Shown here: piece after piece, positions 37,035 through 50,370 of the stretch
Layout: each line of letters opens with the position of its first letter
Position numbering within the stretch: the stretch's first letter is position 1
NCBI RefSeq assembly: GCF_036321535.1
Contig: NC_087437.1
Coordinates: 85,252,001-85,316,000, forward strand
Source of the DNA: Camelus dromedarius
Lineage: Eukaryota
DNA length: 64,000 bases
Direction of reading: 5' to 3'
The notes under the pieces: model-generated
Databases searched by the model: none
What the model was told of the DNA's origin: nothing
The model's input: the letters and a program-made list of their open reading frames with translations, nothing else
Translations under genes and position numbers: made by a program

Positions 37035-38965
37035 CAATTTTCCAATTCCCAGTTAATCCCTTCACACCCTCTCTACACCCTGGCAACCATAAGTTTGTTC
37101 TCTATGTCTGTGAGTCTGTTTCATTTGATAGATAAGTTAATTTGTGTCCTTTTTTTAGATTCCACATATAAGTATTATCATATGGTATTTTCCTTCCTCT
37201 TTCTGGCTTAGTTCACTTAGGATGACAGTCTCCAGGTCCATCCTTGTTGCTGCAAATCACATTATTTCATTCTTTTTTATGGCTGAGTAGTATTCCATTG
37301 TGTGGAATAATATATATATATATACACATACATACATACATACACACACAAATACACACCCGTCCAGATCTTTATCTAATCATCTGTCAGTGTACTTTTG
37401 GGTTGTTTCTATGTCTTGGATACTGTAAATAGTGCTTCTGTGAACACTGGGGTACATGTTTTGAATTATATTTTTCTCCAGATATATGCCCATGAGTAGG
37501 ATTACTGGATCTTACGGAAATCTATTTTTAGTTTTTTAAGGAACCTCCAAACTGTCCTTCATAGTTGCTGCACCAATTTACATTCCCACCAACAATGTAG
37601 GAGGGTTCCTTTTTCTCCACATCCTCTCCAGCATTTGTCGTTTGTGGACTTTTTAATGATGGACACTCTGACTGGTGTGAGGTGATATCTCATTGTAGTT
37701 TTGATTTGCATTTCTCTAACAGTTAGTGATGTTGAACATCTTTTTATGTGCTTGTTGGCCATCTGTCTTCTTTGGAGAGATGTCTGTTTAGGTCTTCTGT
37801 CCATTTTTTGATTGGTTTGCTTGTTTTTATGATATTAAGGTATATGAGCTGTTTGTGTATTTTGGAAATTAGTCCCTTGTTAGTTGCATCATTTGCAAAT
37901 ATTTTCTCCCATTCTGTAGGTTGTCTTTTAGTTTTGTTGATGGTATCCTTAGCTGTGCAAAAGCTTTTAAGTTTAATTAGATTCTATTTGTTCATTTTTG
38001 CTTTTATTTAAATTACTCCCAGAGTGGTTCAGAAAATATATTGTTGTGATTTTGTCCAAGAGTGTTCTGCCTGTTTTCCTCTAGTTTTATAGTATCTTAA
38101 ACACAACGTTTAAGTCTTCAATCCATTTTGAGTTTTTTTTTTTTTTTTTTTTTGCATATGGTATTAGAGAATGTTCTAATTTCAGTCTTTTACAGGTAGC
38201 TATCCAGTTTTCCCAGAACCACTTATTGAAGAAACTGTCTTTGCTCCATTGTATATTCTTGCCTCCTTTGCTGTAGATTAATTGACCATAAGTGTGTGGG
38301 TTCATTTCTGGACTTTCTATCCTGTTCCATTGATTTATGTGTTTGTTTTTGTGCCAGTACTATACTGTTTTGATTACCATAGCTTTGTAGTATTGTCTGA
38401 AGTCAGGGAGTGTGATTCCCCCAGCTCCATTCTTCTTTTGCAAGATTGTTTTTGCTATTCAGGGTCTTTTGTGATTCCGTATTAAAAATTTTAACATTTT
38501 TTGTTCCAGCTCTGTGAAAAATGTCATTGGTAATTTGATAAGGATTGCACTGAATCTGTATGTTGCCTTGGGCAGTATGGCCATTTTAACAGTATTGATT
38601 CTTCCTATCCAAGAACACAGTATATCTTTCCAAATATTTATGTTGTCTTCAATTTTTTTCTTCAGTGTCCTATAGTTTTTGGAGTACAGGTCTTTAGCCT
38701 CCTTGGGTAGGTTTATTCTTAGATATTTTATTATTTTTGGTGCAATGGTAAATGGTATTGTTTCCTTAATTTCTTAGTGTACAGAAATGCAACTGATTTC
38801 TGTATATTAATTTTGTATCCTGAAACTTCACCAAATTCGTTGATGAGTTCTAGTAGTTTTCTGGTTGCTTCTTTAGGGTTTTTTATGTATGGAATCATGT
38901 CATCTGCAAACAGTGACAGTTTTACATCTTCATTTCCAATTTGGATTCCTTTTATTTCTGTTCTT
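37035..38965 (-). mobile_element. Younger LINE-1 3' part (3'UTR plus ORF2 from the YADD region to the C-terminus)
   Basis: ORF track minus 37559-37804 ([17 protein letters not shown]...[22 protein letters not shown]) and 38087-38305 ([10 protein letters not shown]...FNKW); FADDMI near 38910. Confidence 0.95.
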
Positions 38966-41093
38966 TTCCATTAATCTATATCTATCCTTCCACCAATACC
39001 ACATAGTCTTCTTTGTTATCAAACACTCCTTTGCTAAGGATAAAACCTTCCTTGATTTGGCCCTGCTTACAGCAGTTACATAAAAAGATTTGAAATCAGA
39101 TAGAATCATTCCTTACACTTAAGTCTCTTTTTATTTTTTATTGGCTTGGCTATTCTAGTTCCTTCGCTTTTCCATAAAAATTTTAGAATGATCTCATTTT
39201 TATAACAAAAACAATCTTTGCAAGAATTTTTATATGAATTGTATTAAACCAAAGTATTAATTTGTGAAGTCAACATCTTTACCTTTTGAGTCTTCCAACC
39301 CATGAACAAATATCCCTTCCTACATACTTAAATCTACTTCAATTTGCTTTATCTTCATTGTGTAGTTTTCAGCCTATAGATCCTTTACATGCTTTATTAG
39401 TTTTAATTGTATGTATTTCATTTTCTTTGAAGTAATTGTTAAAGCAAATGATAATACTGGATTTTTTATTTTGGTGCCAGTATATAGAAATACAGTTGAT
39501 TTTTCAAACATTTAACTTGTATTCTACAATCTTTCTGAACCTATCTATTGTTTCTAGGTCTGTTTCTGTTATTTTCTTCTTTGGGTTCTTTGGTGTTGTC
39601 TGTATAGACAGTGATATCACCTGCAAATATAGCTTTATTTGTTTTTCTGATCTGTATCTGTTTTCATTTTCATTTCCTTGCTACATTGCACTAGCTGGAA
39701 CTTCCAACATTATGCTGAATAAGAAGTGTTAAGAGTGGAATTTCTTGCTTTGTTCCCAGTCTTAGAAGAAAAGCAGCCAATGTTTCAGCACTAAATGTTA
39801 TGTTATCTAGAGTGGTGGTTTTTTGGAAGATGCTCTTTATTAATTTGACAAAATACCCTTCTATTCCTATTTTTCTGAGAGTTTTTATCATGACTATGCA
39901 ATTTTATTAAATGCTTTTACTTCATCAGTTGATACGATCATCTGATTTTCCTTTTTTGCTTGTAACTTTGATAGAGTATATTAATTGATTTTCAAATATA
40001 TGAGCAGCACCTCTGAATTGAACCCCTTTGATCACAGTATATATTCACATAATTATTCATGTAATATTTATTTCTATTTGGTAATATTTGAAAATAATCT
40101 TTGCATCTAAATTAATGAGTCATATGGCTCTGTAATTTTTGTTATTGGACTGTGTTTATGTACTATTAGAATTATTTCATATTTGGTAAGTAAGTTATAG
40201 GAGTTTGATTTTTGAGTCATTTGTCCATTTTATCTTTTTGATATCTTTATAGGGTAGTCTCTCTTTCATGCCTGATATTGGTGACTTATGCTTTCTCTCA
40301 TTCTTTTTAGTCTTAATAGAGGTTTTCAATTTTTTTGATCTTTTCAAATTACATGTTCTTTGTTTTACTAATTTTTTCTATTATAGTTCTAGTTTCAATT
40401 TCATTGATATCAGCTCTTTTATTTATTTTTCACTCAGCTTGCTTTGGGTTTATTTCACTTGTTTTCTAGACTATTGAGCTGGTATTTTAGAGTACAGATT
40501 TTAGATTTCTCCTCTTTTCTAATGTATGCATCTAGTGCTATAAATTTACCACTCATCAATGCTAGCTGAGCCCTACAGATTTTGATATGTTGTATTTTTA
40601 TTTTTTATTCAGTTCAAAGTGTTTGACCCATGGATTATTTTTAAATGTGTTATATTGTTTATAATTCTTTAGACTTTTTTTGGCTTATCTTTGTTATTTA
40701 TTTCAAGTTCAATTCTATTGGATTTCAAGATTTTGATTTTAATTACTTTAAAAAAATGTTATAACCCACAACATAGTTTATAGGAGTGGATATCTCATAA
40801 ATGGAGCCTCTGGACATTCTGACTTACACTGGGATAAACTAATACGTGGGTTGAAGAGGAGTAAGAAGTATTCAGATTTCATTTAATAATGAAAATCATG
40901 TAATTCTACCAAGAAGACACAGCAGTTGTAAATGCATATGCACCAAGTAACAGAGATGCAACACATGCAGAGTAAAAGTGGTACATTTGAAAGGAGAATT
41001 CTACAACTCCAAATCTATAGTTGAATACTTCATCACCCTTGTGTCAAAAGTTAATAGAACTGGCATAATAATAGAATTGACATAAAGCAAGAG

Positions 41094-41480
41094 TGTGTTA
41101 GTCAGGGTCTCCAGGCAAACAGAACTAATACAATGAAAGGGAGAGTGATTTATTGTAAGGATTGGATCAGTGATTGTGGAGACTTGGCAAGTACAAAATT
41201 TAATACATTCGGCCAATAGGCTGGAGATTCAGGGAAAAATTGCAGTTCCAGTATAAAAGCAGTCTTCTGGAAGACTTCCTTCTGGTTAGGAGGTCAATTA
41301 TTCTATTAAAAGCTTTCCATTGATTGGATGAGGCCAACTCACATTATACAGGGTAGTCTATTGTATGCAAAGCCCATTGATTTACGTGTTAAGAAAACCT
41401 TCACAGAAATATCCAGAATAATGTTTGACCAAATATCTGGGTACCATGGTGAGACAGGTTGACACATAAAATTAATCACG
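41094..41480 (-). mobile_element. MLT2C-like ERVL solo LTR
   Basis: tgtgttagtcagggtctccagg...tgattggatgaggcc...aatatccagaataatgtttgaccaaatatctgggtacc...ttgacacataaaattaatcac. Confidence 0.9.
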
Positions 41481-42805
41481 AAAGGTGCAGAATTACTTAT
41501 TGTATATATTTCTGTTTTATTTTGATTTGATTTAGTATTTTCAAATTGAATTGAACATTTGTTTAAATTGTGTATGTAATAGTTTAAAATTACACATTTC
41601 GCAACTTATATGTATTTCTTGAAGTTCATTATATTCGGGTAATACTTTTACAGTGGAGTGTTAAAACCTTACCTCCCTTTGTTTCTTTTACCCTTCTCAA
41701 TTTTCAGTATGATAGTCAAATATTTTCTCTACATATATTTAGAACCATATCAGTATTATATTTCTGTTGTAAGTAGCCATAATTTATAAAATTCAAAAGG
41801 AGAACAATGTATTTTACTTACTTTTTGCTTACCATGTTTTTGTTTTTGATGTTCCAACATCACTTACTACATTGTTTTCCTTTTTTACTTCAAGAACCTT
41901 CTTTCTTTTGTTCCTTCCATCTGATATTTTGCTTATCTACTTAGCTTTTCATTTTGGATGGTGTTTATTTAGGTTCTGAAGTTTCCATTTGATTTGCCTT
42001 TATTTTTTCTATTTCTATATTGAGACATTCTGTTTCTTTGCTAAGGCTTTTTTTTTTCATTTTTATTTTAAGCATGTTCATAATTGATCAGTTACACATT
42101 TTCATTATGACTGATTTAAAATATTTGTTGGGTAATACTGGCATCTCTGGAAACTTGGACATTTCATGTTATGTTACGAGATTCTAGGTCTTGATTTAAA
42201 TCTTTATTTTAAACTACCTTTCTCTGAGTTTCTTCTGGCAGAGGAAGGGGGAATGCTCCATTCCTCCTAGGTGGCCTAAGATGATGCCTGAGAGGGAGCT
42301 CCTCCTTACTGCTAAGCTGGGGGTGGAAGTTTCAGCTTTTCACATGCTATCTACTGACACTATGGTTGGAGTGGTCTTGTTTTCCACTTGTTACCAGGTG
42401 ATTTTGAAAGTTGTAACACTAACCACTAGGCAGCCTCTGACATCAATCCAGTATGAAGATAAAGGGAACCCTTACTACTGTCAGTGGAGGTAGATATCAA
42501 GGCCATCCATGTGGTCTCCAATGACCGTGCAGCAGAGGGGAGCGGGGTGGGGTCTTGTTGGCTGTGAGTGGTGATGAAAGTCCAGTTCTATATTTGGTCT
42601 TTTCTACCACCACCCAAATGCTGGTGTTGGGAGTTTCACTGTACACTCATTTAGCCTTTTTTGGTGTCTATGGAACCAGAGCCACTGTTTTTCCTTGGTG
42701 TTTGGGTCAAAACTTTTAAATAGTAACCACTTTGTCTTGTTAGGCTGTGGCTTTACACGGTTATTTGGCTAGAAGGAGCAGGCTTTTTTCCCAATGTGTG
42801 AGGGG

Positions 42806-43780
42806 CTATTTTTGATGAAGTTCAAATTCTCTTTTTCAAGTTGAAGTGAAAGGGTACTCTTTTAATGAAATAGTTTTACATTTCATGTTTAGGTATGTGG
42901 GGGTTTTTTGCATATGTTTATGCAAAAATATGTAGTTGTTTTGGTACTATGAAATTTTTATTGAGCGCCTAGGAGAATAAAATTGCAGACTTGAGTTAGA
43001 CAACAGATTCTTAGGAACAAAAATAAAAGCACAATCAGTATGAAAGTTAAACTTCATATAAACTTAAAACTTCCTAATTTCTAATGTTATTAAGAGAATG
43101 AAAAAAAGTTACACATCAGGAGAGTATATTTGAAATCATCTATACAACAGATGATTTATATACAGAATATCTAAAATATTTTCAGAACTAAGCAATAAGA
43201 AAACAAGCCAACAAAAATAATAAGCCAAAGATCTGAATACTTCATTAAAAATTTATGCAGTTGGTAAGTAAACATGAGAAAGGATGCACAAAATTATTAG
43301 TCATTAGGATCATGCAAATTAAAAGCATGATTATTAGATTGACTAAAATGAGAAAAACAAAACTGACAGTAACCAGTGATAGCTAGAATGCAGAGTAATT
43401 TTAACCTTCATACATTATTGATAGGGATGAAAGAGGGAAGAAAATAGTTTGGCAGTTTCAAAAATGTTATAAATTCACTTATATAAACCCAGCAATCCTA
43501 CTCAAATGTTCACTCTAAAAAATTGTCTACAAAAAAAATTTGTTCACAAAAAATCCTGTACCTTGATGATTATAGCACTACTTTTAGTAATCCAAACTTG
43601 GTAACATCTAAATATCTTATGGGTGAACTGATGATAAACCAGCTATAAAACATCCATGAAATGAAATACTATTCAGAATATAACAAATGATGTGAAACAA
43701 ACATCATTAATAAATCTCAGATCCATGCTATGTGAAAGAAGCTAGGCTCAAGAGTACACACTAGGTTTGCCACATTTATC
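42806..43780 (+). mobile_element. Old L1M ORF2 end and 3'UTR, right half of the host L1 broken at 35380
   Basis: Resumes with tatttttgatgaag (IFD.. motif), then ttagtcattaggatcatgcaaattaaaagcatga, cccagcaatcctactc and tgaaagaagctaggctcaagagtacaca. Confidence 0.75.
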
Positions 43781-45221
43781 AAAAGTCAAGGATAAGGAGA
43801 CTGTGTTCATATTCAGGGGGACTGAAAAAGGAAACAGCAATTGCCTACATTGAGAGCAGCTGAAAGTTTCTCAGTCAGAACGCTCATTCAACAAACCCTT
43901 TTGTATACAATCTAGATAGAAAACTGTTATTCCACTCACTCATATCCCTGCTTGAAAATGTGATATGAAATAAACACTTTAAATGTTGAATAGTAGTTGT
44001 CAAAAACTTTTTCAGTTTTAGGGTTGTTGATTGATAGATTATAAGATTTTGTGGAAAGTACATCATTATCAGTCTTAGATTAACATAACGACAGCCAAGT
44101 GCAACACTGGTTTAAAAGCATTAGCATTTAAGACTTTGGTAGATGTCCCACATAATTTACCTGCTCCTTAAAACCATTTTAGACTTTTTTCAAGAGTATA
44201 GAAGTTTTTCGTCCTCTTGTGTTAGTCAAGATAATGCTTCTAAGATAAGCAAAGCCAGTGATTTACTGAATTACAAATATTTGAGTACATAGTATGTATG
44301 TCTACACACCTGCTGACTTAGTTATTGTAACATAATTATAGCTTGCTTGATTTGCCAAAGTAGAAACAGGAATAATGCAATAATAGAATGTGAGAATAAG
44401 GATTTGGAACACTGAATTTAGGTAAAAGGAGAACAAAATAATTTATAGCTGAATATTTTCTGTCCATAAGTTTTCTTTCACAGTTTAGCAGGGTTTACAA
44501 TGTAGACAAGTGATTCATAAAGCAGAAATTGTTCTTGCTATGGAAGTAGGCACTATTCCTGTGAAGACACTCTGGGAAGAGTGAATTGAAAGGGAAGCTG
44601 AGCTATTTATTTTTGTGAAAATTCATGTTGTGTTTTGGAGAAATCTAATAGAGAAAAGTAAACTTAAATACCTCCCTTTTGGCAACATCCTCACCTTAGA
44701 TATCACAACTTCACTGAAATGAATAGAATGTGTCTCGGTATGTGTTAATTAGATTTGCCACCATACACTGTTCATCTTTATAGGGGTCTAGTGTCTACCA
44801 GGAATATCAACTTTCAACATTTGACATGTTGATTTTGTTCTTTAATCTCTCACCTTAACTCTTACTATTCTTTAGCATATTTTTCTCTAATATTTGTTAT
44901 TGCTGTGGATTTGAAATACATATAGAAATGATTCTAGAAATCTAAAATGAATAAAATGGGCAGATATCTTCTTTTGTCTTATTTTTTTAACGAGTTTCTT
45001 AAAAAATGAAAATAAAAAGCAAAACAATCCATTGGAAAAGTTTCCATGGTCACCTGTTGGGATAGTAATGGAAATTCTCACAAGTGTGTTTGTGAATATT
45101 TATAAATCAGATGGGTAGAGAGATGCAGGTAACATGTATATCACTTCCTCTTATAAGTATAAATACCTTTTCTAAGAAAAAGAGGTTTTAAAATAATTGA
45201 CTCAATAAATAAATGATGAAT

Positions 45222-45620
45222 ATTGTGACTTGGGTTTTTCTAAAATAAGAGCCTTAGAAAAAGAATTGTTTGCAGATACTTCTTTGGGAAGCGATTCCAA
45301 GAAACAGAAATGGACAAGGGAGAGAGAGACAAGTTTAGAAGCAGCCAATGATAAGGATGCATTAAGAAACTGCTTTGGGGGCCTCCCAACATAGACATCA
45401 TCCCAGTATTGTCTTCACAAGGACTGAACCTGAAGGATTTTTCTACCAGCTCCTGTACCCAGTGTATTAAGTCTTGTCCCTGCTTCTGTTAACTTCCCTA
45501 AACTTCCAAGTTGTATTTATGTGCATTGTGAAAGTCACAAACAATTAAGAAGACATGGTATAAGTGAGGCAATATGCATATAGCACAAGGTGAATTTGAG
45601 CTGGTCTGGAACTGTACACG
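45222..45620 (-). mobile_element. LTR33-like ERVL solo LTR (old)
   Basis: ttgggtttttctaaaataagagcctt...tttgggaagcgattccaagaaacag...gcagccaatgataaggatgcatt resembles recalled LTR33. Confidence 0.55.
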
Positions 45621-45921
45621 GTAACAATTGCTGAAGTAAGAGAAAAACCAAAGGCTTTAGTATGCCTGATGCACTAGATTTTATAGAATGGTGATTATTT
45701 TGACCCCTTCCGAGTTCTGCTTTTGGATTTAGGAAATTATACCATCTAAGCTCTGAAAGATAGTAACGCAAGTGAAAGACAGATCTCATTGACCCTGTGC
45801 ACAGTGAAATAGTTTTGTTGGCTGTTTGGCTTAAATGAGATCAATGATGATACTTAATATAGCATTTAAATTATTTTTCTTATTTCCTCATTCTACCAAC
45901 CTGTGATAAGTAGTCCAATTT

Positions 45922-48900
45922 GGAGGAGGAGAGATCAAGATCGAAGACCAAGAGGATGTGGATCCCACCTCCCCCCATGAACATATCAAAAATATATCTA
46001 CATGTGGAACAAATCTCACTGAAATCTAACTGGAAACTGGCAGAAGGACTCTGTACAACCAAGGATCTAAGGAAGATAAACACATAATCAGGTAGGATGA
46101 GAAGAAAAGCGATCAGGTTCGGACCTGTGCCTCTGGGAGGGGACTCAGAGGAAACGGGAGATCACAGGGGTGGACTTCTGTCCTCAGGAGTGATCAGGTC
46201 AAGCCACAGGCTAGGCATCCCAGTCCTGGGGTCCTACACATAGGAGATAAACCCCTTTGGAGAACTGCCACATTAGAAAGGCTGGAGAATCCTGCACTCC
46301 ACTCCTAAGGTTCTGGCTTGCCCCCAGTTAGGGCAGACAGAAGTCTGCCCTACTGGCTGCCAGGTTTTCTATAACTGTCTTTCCACTTTCCCAAGCCAAA
46401 GCTGCACTAACAACCCCAGCCCCACTCACTCCATGCCACAATGTAGCACTGGATCTAGGGAAGCCAAGACTTAGGACTTGACCTTGGTGACATAATTAAT
46501 GGGGTCCTGGGTGAAGCACAGGTTGGGCAGCAGCAGCAATTGTTGACACAACTCCAGTGGTGCCCCATAAGCAGCTCAGACTTCTCACAGCTGGCTGTTT
46601 TCCCATTACCACCTCACTATGTGTAGAAGCCCAAGCCATGTGAATGTTCCAGTCCTATTCAGGACTAGACCTGACACAGGCAGAGCATCAGACCTCTGCA
46701 GGAACATGAGTCTCACTTGACTCAGCACTCCCGTCCTTTGGAGAAAGGCCCCAGTGCAGGGAGAAGGAAAAGCACACATTTAAAGGAGTCAAAGCCAGCT
46801 CAAGCCTGACCCTCAGGGCTTCAGCTCCAGTAAAATGGGATCAGAACCTACCCCTGAGAGGGCAGAGGTGGTCACTGAGCAGAGAGGAGTTCTCACCTCA
46901 CACCGTGTGTAGCACCACCCCTTACCAAGGAGATAGCTGCAGTAGACTGACTTCCACATCAAATTCAGCTCTCCAGCCAAAGGCATTTGGCACACAGTCT
47001 GCACAGGGATACTCCAATATAAGAAAACCACTTGAAGACGACAATAAATAACTGTTCCACATAAATTCATAGAGGCAGAGAAAGATAAGTAAATGAATAG
47101 GCATAGGAGATAACTGAAAAATTAATGAAACAAATTTTGAAACATTGATAATAAGAAGCATTGATACTAAAAATGCTGGCTTAATTAGGGTGGAAATGAT
47201 CTAAACACAGGACATTTTAACAAAGGACTACAAACAATAAAGAAGACCCAATCAAAAACTAGGTAACTCAGTATCTGGAGGGAAACAAACAAACAAACAA
47301 ACCTCTAGAAGGAATGACTAGCAGACTAATGAATACAGAGGAGATCTGGAAGTGACCTGGAAGGTAGAATAATGGAAATCACCAATCAGAGTAGCAGAAA
47401 GAATTACAAAATGCAAGTAATCTATGAGCTCTTTGGAATAAAGGTGTGTCCATATTTGCATTATAGGAGTTCCAGAAGGAGAAGAAAGACAGAAGGAGAA
47501 TTGGAAAAGTATTTAAAGAAATTATGGCAATATTTCTCAAAACAAAAGAAGGATACAGATATCCACATAAAGAAAGCACAGAGGGTCCCAAATATGATCA
47601 ACCCATGCAGATCCACACCAAAACATAATAAAAGTGGCAAAGTTTAAAGAGAATTTTAAAGTCAGCAAGAAAAAATAAGGAAACCCCCATAAGGCTGTCT
47701 CTGCAGAAACACTGTATATATCATGCCACCCCTTCTGGCCTTCAAAGTGCTAAAATGGAGTAACCTGCACACTAGCATACTCTACCTAGCAAGACTATCA
47801 TTTAGAATAGAAGGAGACAGAAAGAACTTCTCAGAAAAGCAAAAAACTAAAGGAGTTCATCAATATTAAAATTAAACTATTCTTAAAAAATGAAGGGCCT
47901 TGTCTAAATGGAAAATAAGTAATAATCTGTAGAAAAGGTAGATGTTTAGTGAGGATTGAAGATTATTAAAATAAGCCAGTATGTAGATTAAGATAAAAAA
48001 TGTAAAAGCAACTATAATTACAATAAACAGTTCAGGGGCATGCACAAAGATGTAAAATATGGTATCAAAATAACAAAATGTGAGCAAAAGGGGTAAAAAA
48101 AAATGACATCTTTCAGAATGTGTTTGAACTTAAATGACTAAGTTGTAGAGCAAGTAGATATAATGTGGGTCAACATATATGAACCTGATGGTAACTACAA
48201 ATCAAAAACCTACAGTAGCTTCAATTATTCTTTGCAGATGACATGATACAATACATAGAAAATCCTAAAGAAACCATCAGAAAACTACTCAAAGTTTATC
48301 AATAAATTCAGTAAAGTTGAAGAATACAAAATTAACATACAGAAATCTGTTGCATTTCTATACACTAATAATGAACTTATCAGGAAAAGAAATTTAAGGA
48401 AATGATCTCATTTAGCATCACATCAAAAAAATAAAATACCAAGGAATAAACCTACCTAAAAAGGCAAAAGACCTATGAAAGAAACTGAAGATGACATAAA
48501 TAGATGGAAAGATACACTGTGTTAATTGGATTGGAAGAATCAGTATTGTTAAAATGACCATACTACCCAAGGAAATCAAGAGATTCAACACAATCCTTAT
48601 CAAAATACCAACAGCATTTTTCACAGAACTAGAATAAATAATTTTAAAATTTGTGTGGAAACACAAAAAGACCCCGAATAGCCAAGACAATCTTGAGAAA
48701 GAAGAATAAAGCTGGAGGAAAAATGCTCCCTGACTTCAGACTGTATTACGCTACAGTCATCAAAAGAGTATGGACACCAAAAAAACAAACAAACAAAAAA
48801 AACCACATAGATCAATGGACCAGAATAGAGAGCCTAGAAATAAACCCACACACGTATGGTCATTTAATCTGCAACAAAGGAGGCATGAATACACAATGGA

Positions 48901-49496
48901 GAAAAGACAGTCTCTTCCATAAGTCGTGCTGGGAAAACCTGGACAACTACATGTAAAAGAATGAAATTAGAATATTCTCTAATGCCATTTACAAAAATTA
49001 ATTCAAAATGGATTAAAGACCTAAATGTAAGACTGGATACTATAAAATTCCTAGAGGAAAACATAGAACACTCTGACATAAATTGCAAGAACATTTTCCT
49101 GGATCTATCTTCTAAAGCAAAGGAAATATAAGCAACAACAACAACAACAAAAAAACCAAATGGGACCTAATTAAACCTAAAATGTTTTATACAGTAAAGG
49201 AAAGCATTGACAAAATGAAAACCTACTGAGTGGGAGAAAATATTAGCAAATATGCACCTTAACATCAAAATAAATAAATAAATAAATAAAACTGGATTAA
49301 AAAATGGGGAGAAGACACTTTCCAAAGAGGAAGTGAAGATAATCAAAGGCACATGAAAAGATGCTCAATATCCCTAAACACCAGGGAAATGCAAATCAAA
49401 ACCACAATGATATATAGCACCTCACACCCATCTGAATAGTTATCATCAAAAAGCCTACAAATAAACAAATGGTGAGGATGTGGGGAAAAGGGAACT
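45922..49496 (+). mobile_element. LINE-1 with 5'UTR, decayed ORF1 and inter-ORF, then a deletion to RT (FADDM) and the ORF2 C-terminus
   Basis: 5'UTR homologous to 7262. ORF1 IIGVPEGEE (cattataggagttccagaaggagaaga, ~47460). Jump at ~48219 to ctttgcagatgacatgata. ORF track 48651-48956 [25 protein letters not shown]. Confidence 0.93.
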
Positions 49497-49649
49497 TAAA
49501 GATTATAATTATGTATAAAAAGAGACTTAAGAATTTTTTGCTAAGTAAATTGGGTTAATTAGATGAAAAAATGGAATATTTATATAATTTTGGACATCTA
49601 AAAAGTGTGTAATAACATAGGAAGCCAAAACACAATTTTGCCCCAAAAG

Positions 49650-50370
49650 ATATGGCTATCATCAGGAAGAACACAAATAACAAATGTCGGCAAGGATGTG
49701 GAGAAAAGTGAACACTTGTACACCTTTGTTGGGAATGTAAATTTGTGCAGCCACTGTGGAAAACAGTATGGAGATTTCTCAAAGAACTAAAAATAAAACT
49801 TACCCTATGACCCAGCAATTCTACTTCTGAGTATACATTAAAGGAAAATAAAGTAATTGAAAAAGACACATGCACCCCAATGTTCAGAGAAGCATTGTTT
49901 ACAATTGCCACGCTATGGGAGCAATCTAAGTGTTCATCAACAAATGAATGGGTAAAGAAGCTGTGATATCTATACACCCACACACACACAATGAAATAGT
50001 ACTCAGCCATAAAAAGGAATGAAATTTTGCCATTTGCAACAACACAGATGGACTTGGAAAGTATCATGCTAAGTGAAATAAGTCAGAGAAAGACAAATAC
50101 TGCATAATATCACTTATGTGTGGAATCTTAAAAATAGAACAAGCTAGTGAATATAACAAAAAGAAGCAGATAGAACAAGCTAGTAGTTACCCGTACAGGT
50201 AAGGGGGCAATATAGGGGTGGAGGAGTGGGAGCTATAAACTACTGGGTGTAAGATAAGTTCAAATATGTACCATACAACATGAGGAATATAGGCAATATT
50301 TTGTAATATCTGTAAATGGAAAGTAACCTTTTAAGTTGTGTCAAAATACTTTTTAATTAATTAATTAATA
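49650..50370 (+). mobile_element. LINE-1 ORF2 end plus 3'UTR of a separate subfamily
   Basis: Restarts at atggctatcatcaggaagaacacaaataacaaatg and ends ...caatattttgtaatatctgtaaatggaaagtaacctttt followed by an AT-rich tail. Confidence 0.88.

Larger units (their letters stand above)
35381..42805 (-). mobile_element. L1MC1-like element, fragmented but spanning 3' end to 5'UTR; hosts several later insertions
   Basis: 3' end ...gtatcacaaccaagatattgacattgatacagccaagatatagaa (L1MC1-like). ORF2 remnants 38970-40800 (e.g. 39691-39891 AFLLRLGTKQEIPL). GC-richer L1MCa/L1M4c-like 5'UTR ~42240-42790. Confidence 0.75.

Noticed and set aside
49555..50067. Longest ORF (170 aa, hydrophobic)
   Set aside because: Antisense reading of an L1 3'UTR/ORF2 end, a common spurious ORF.
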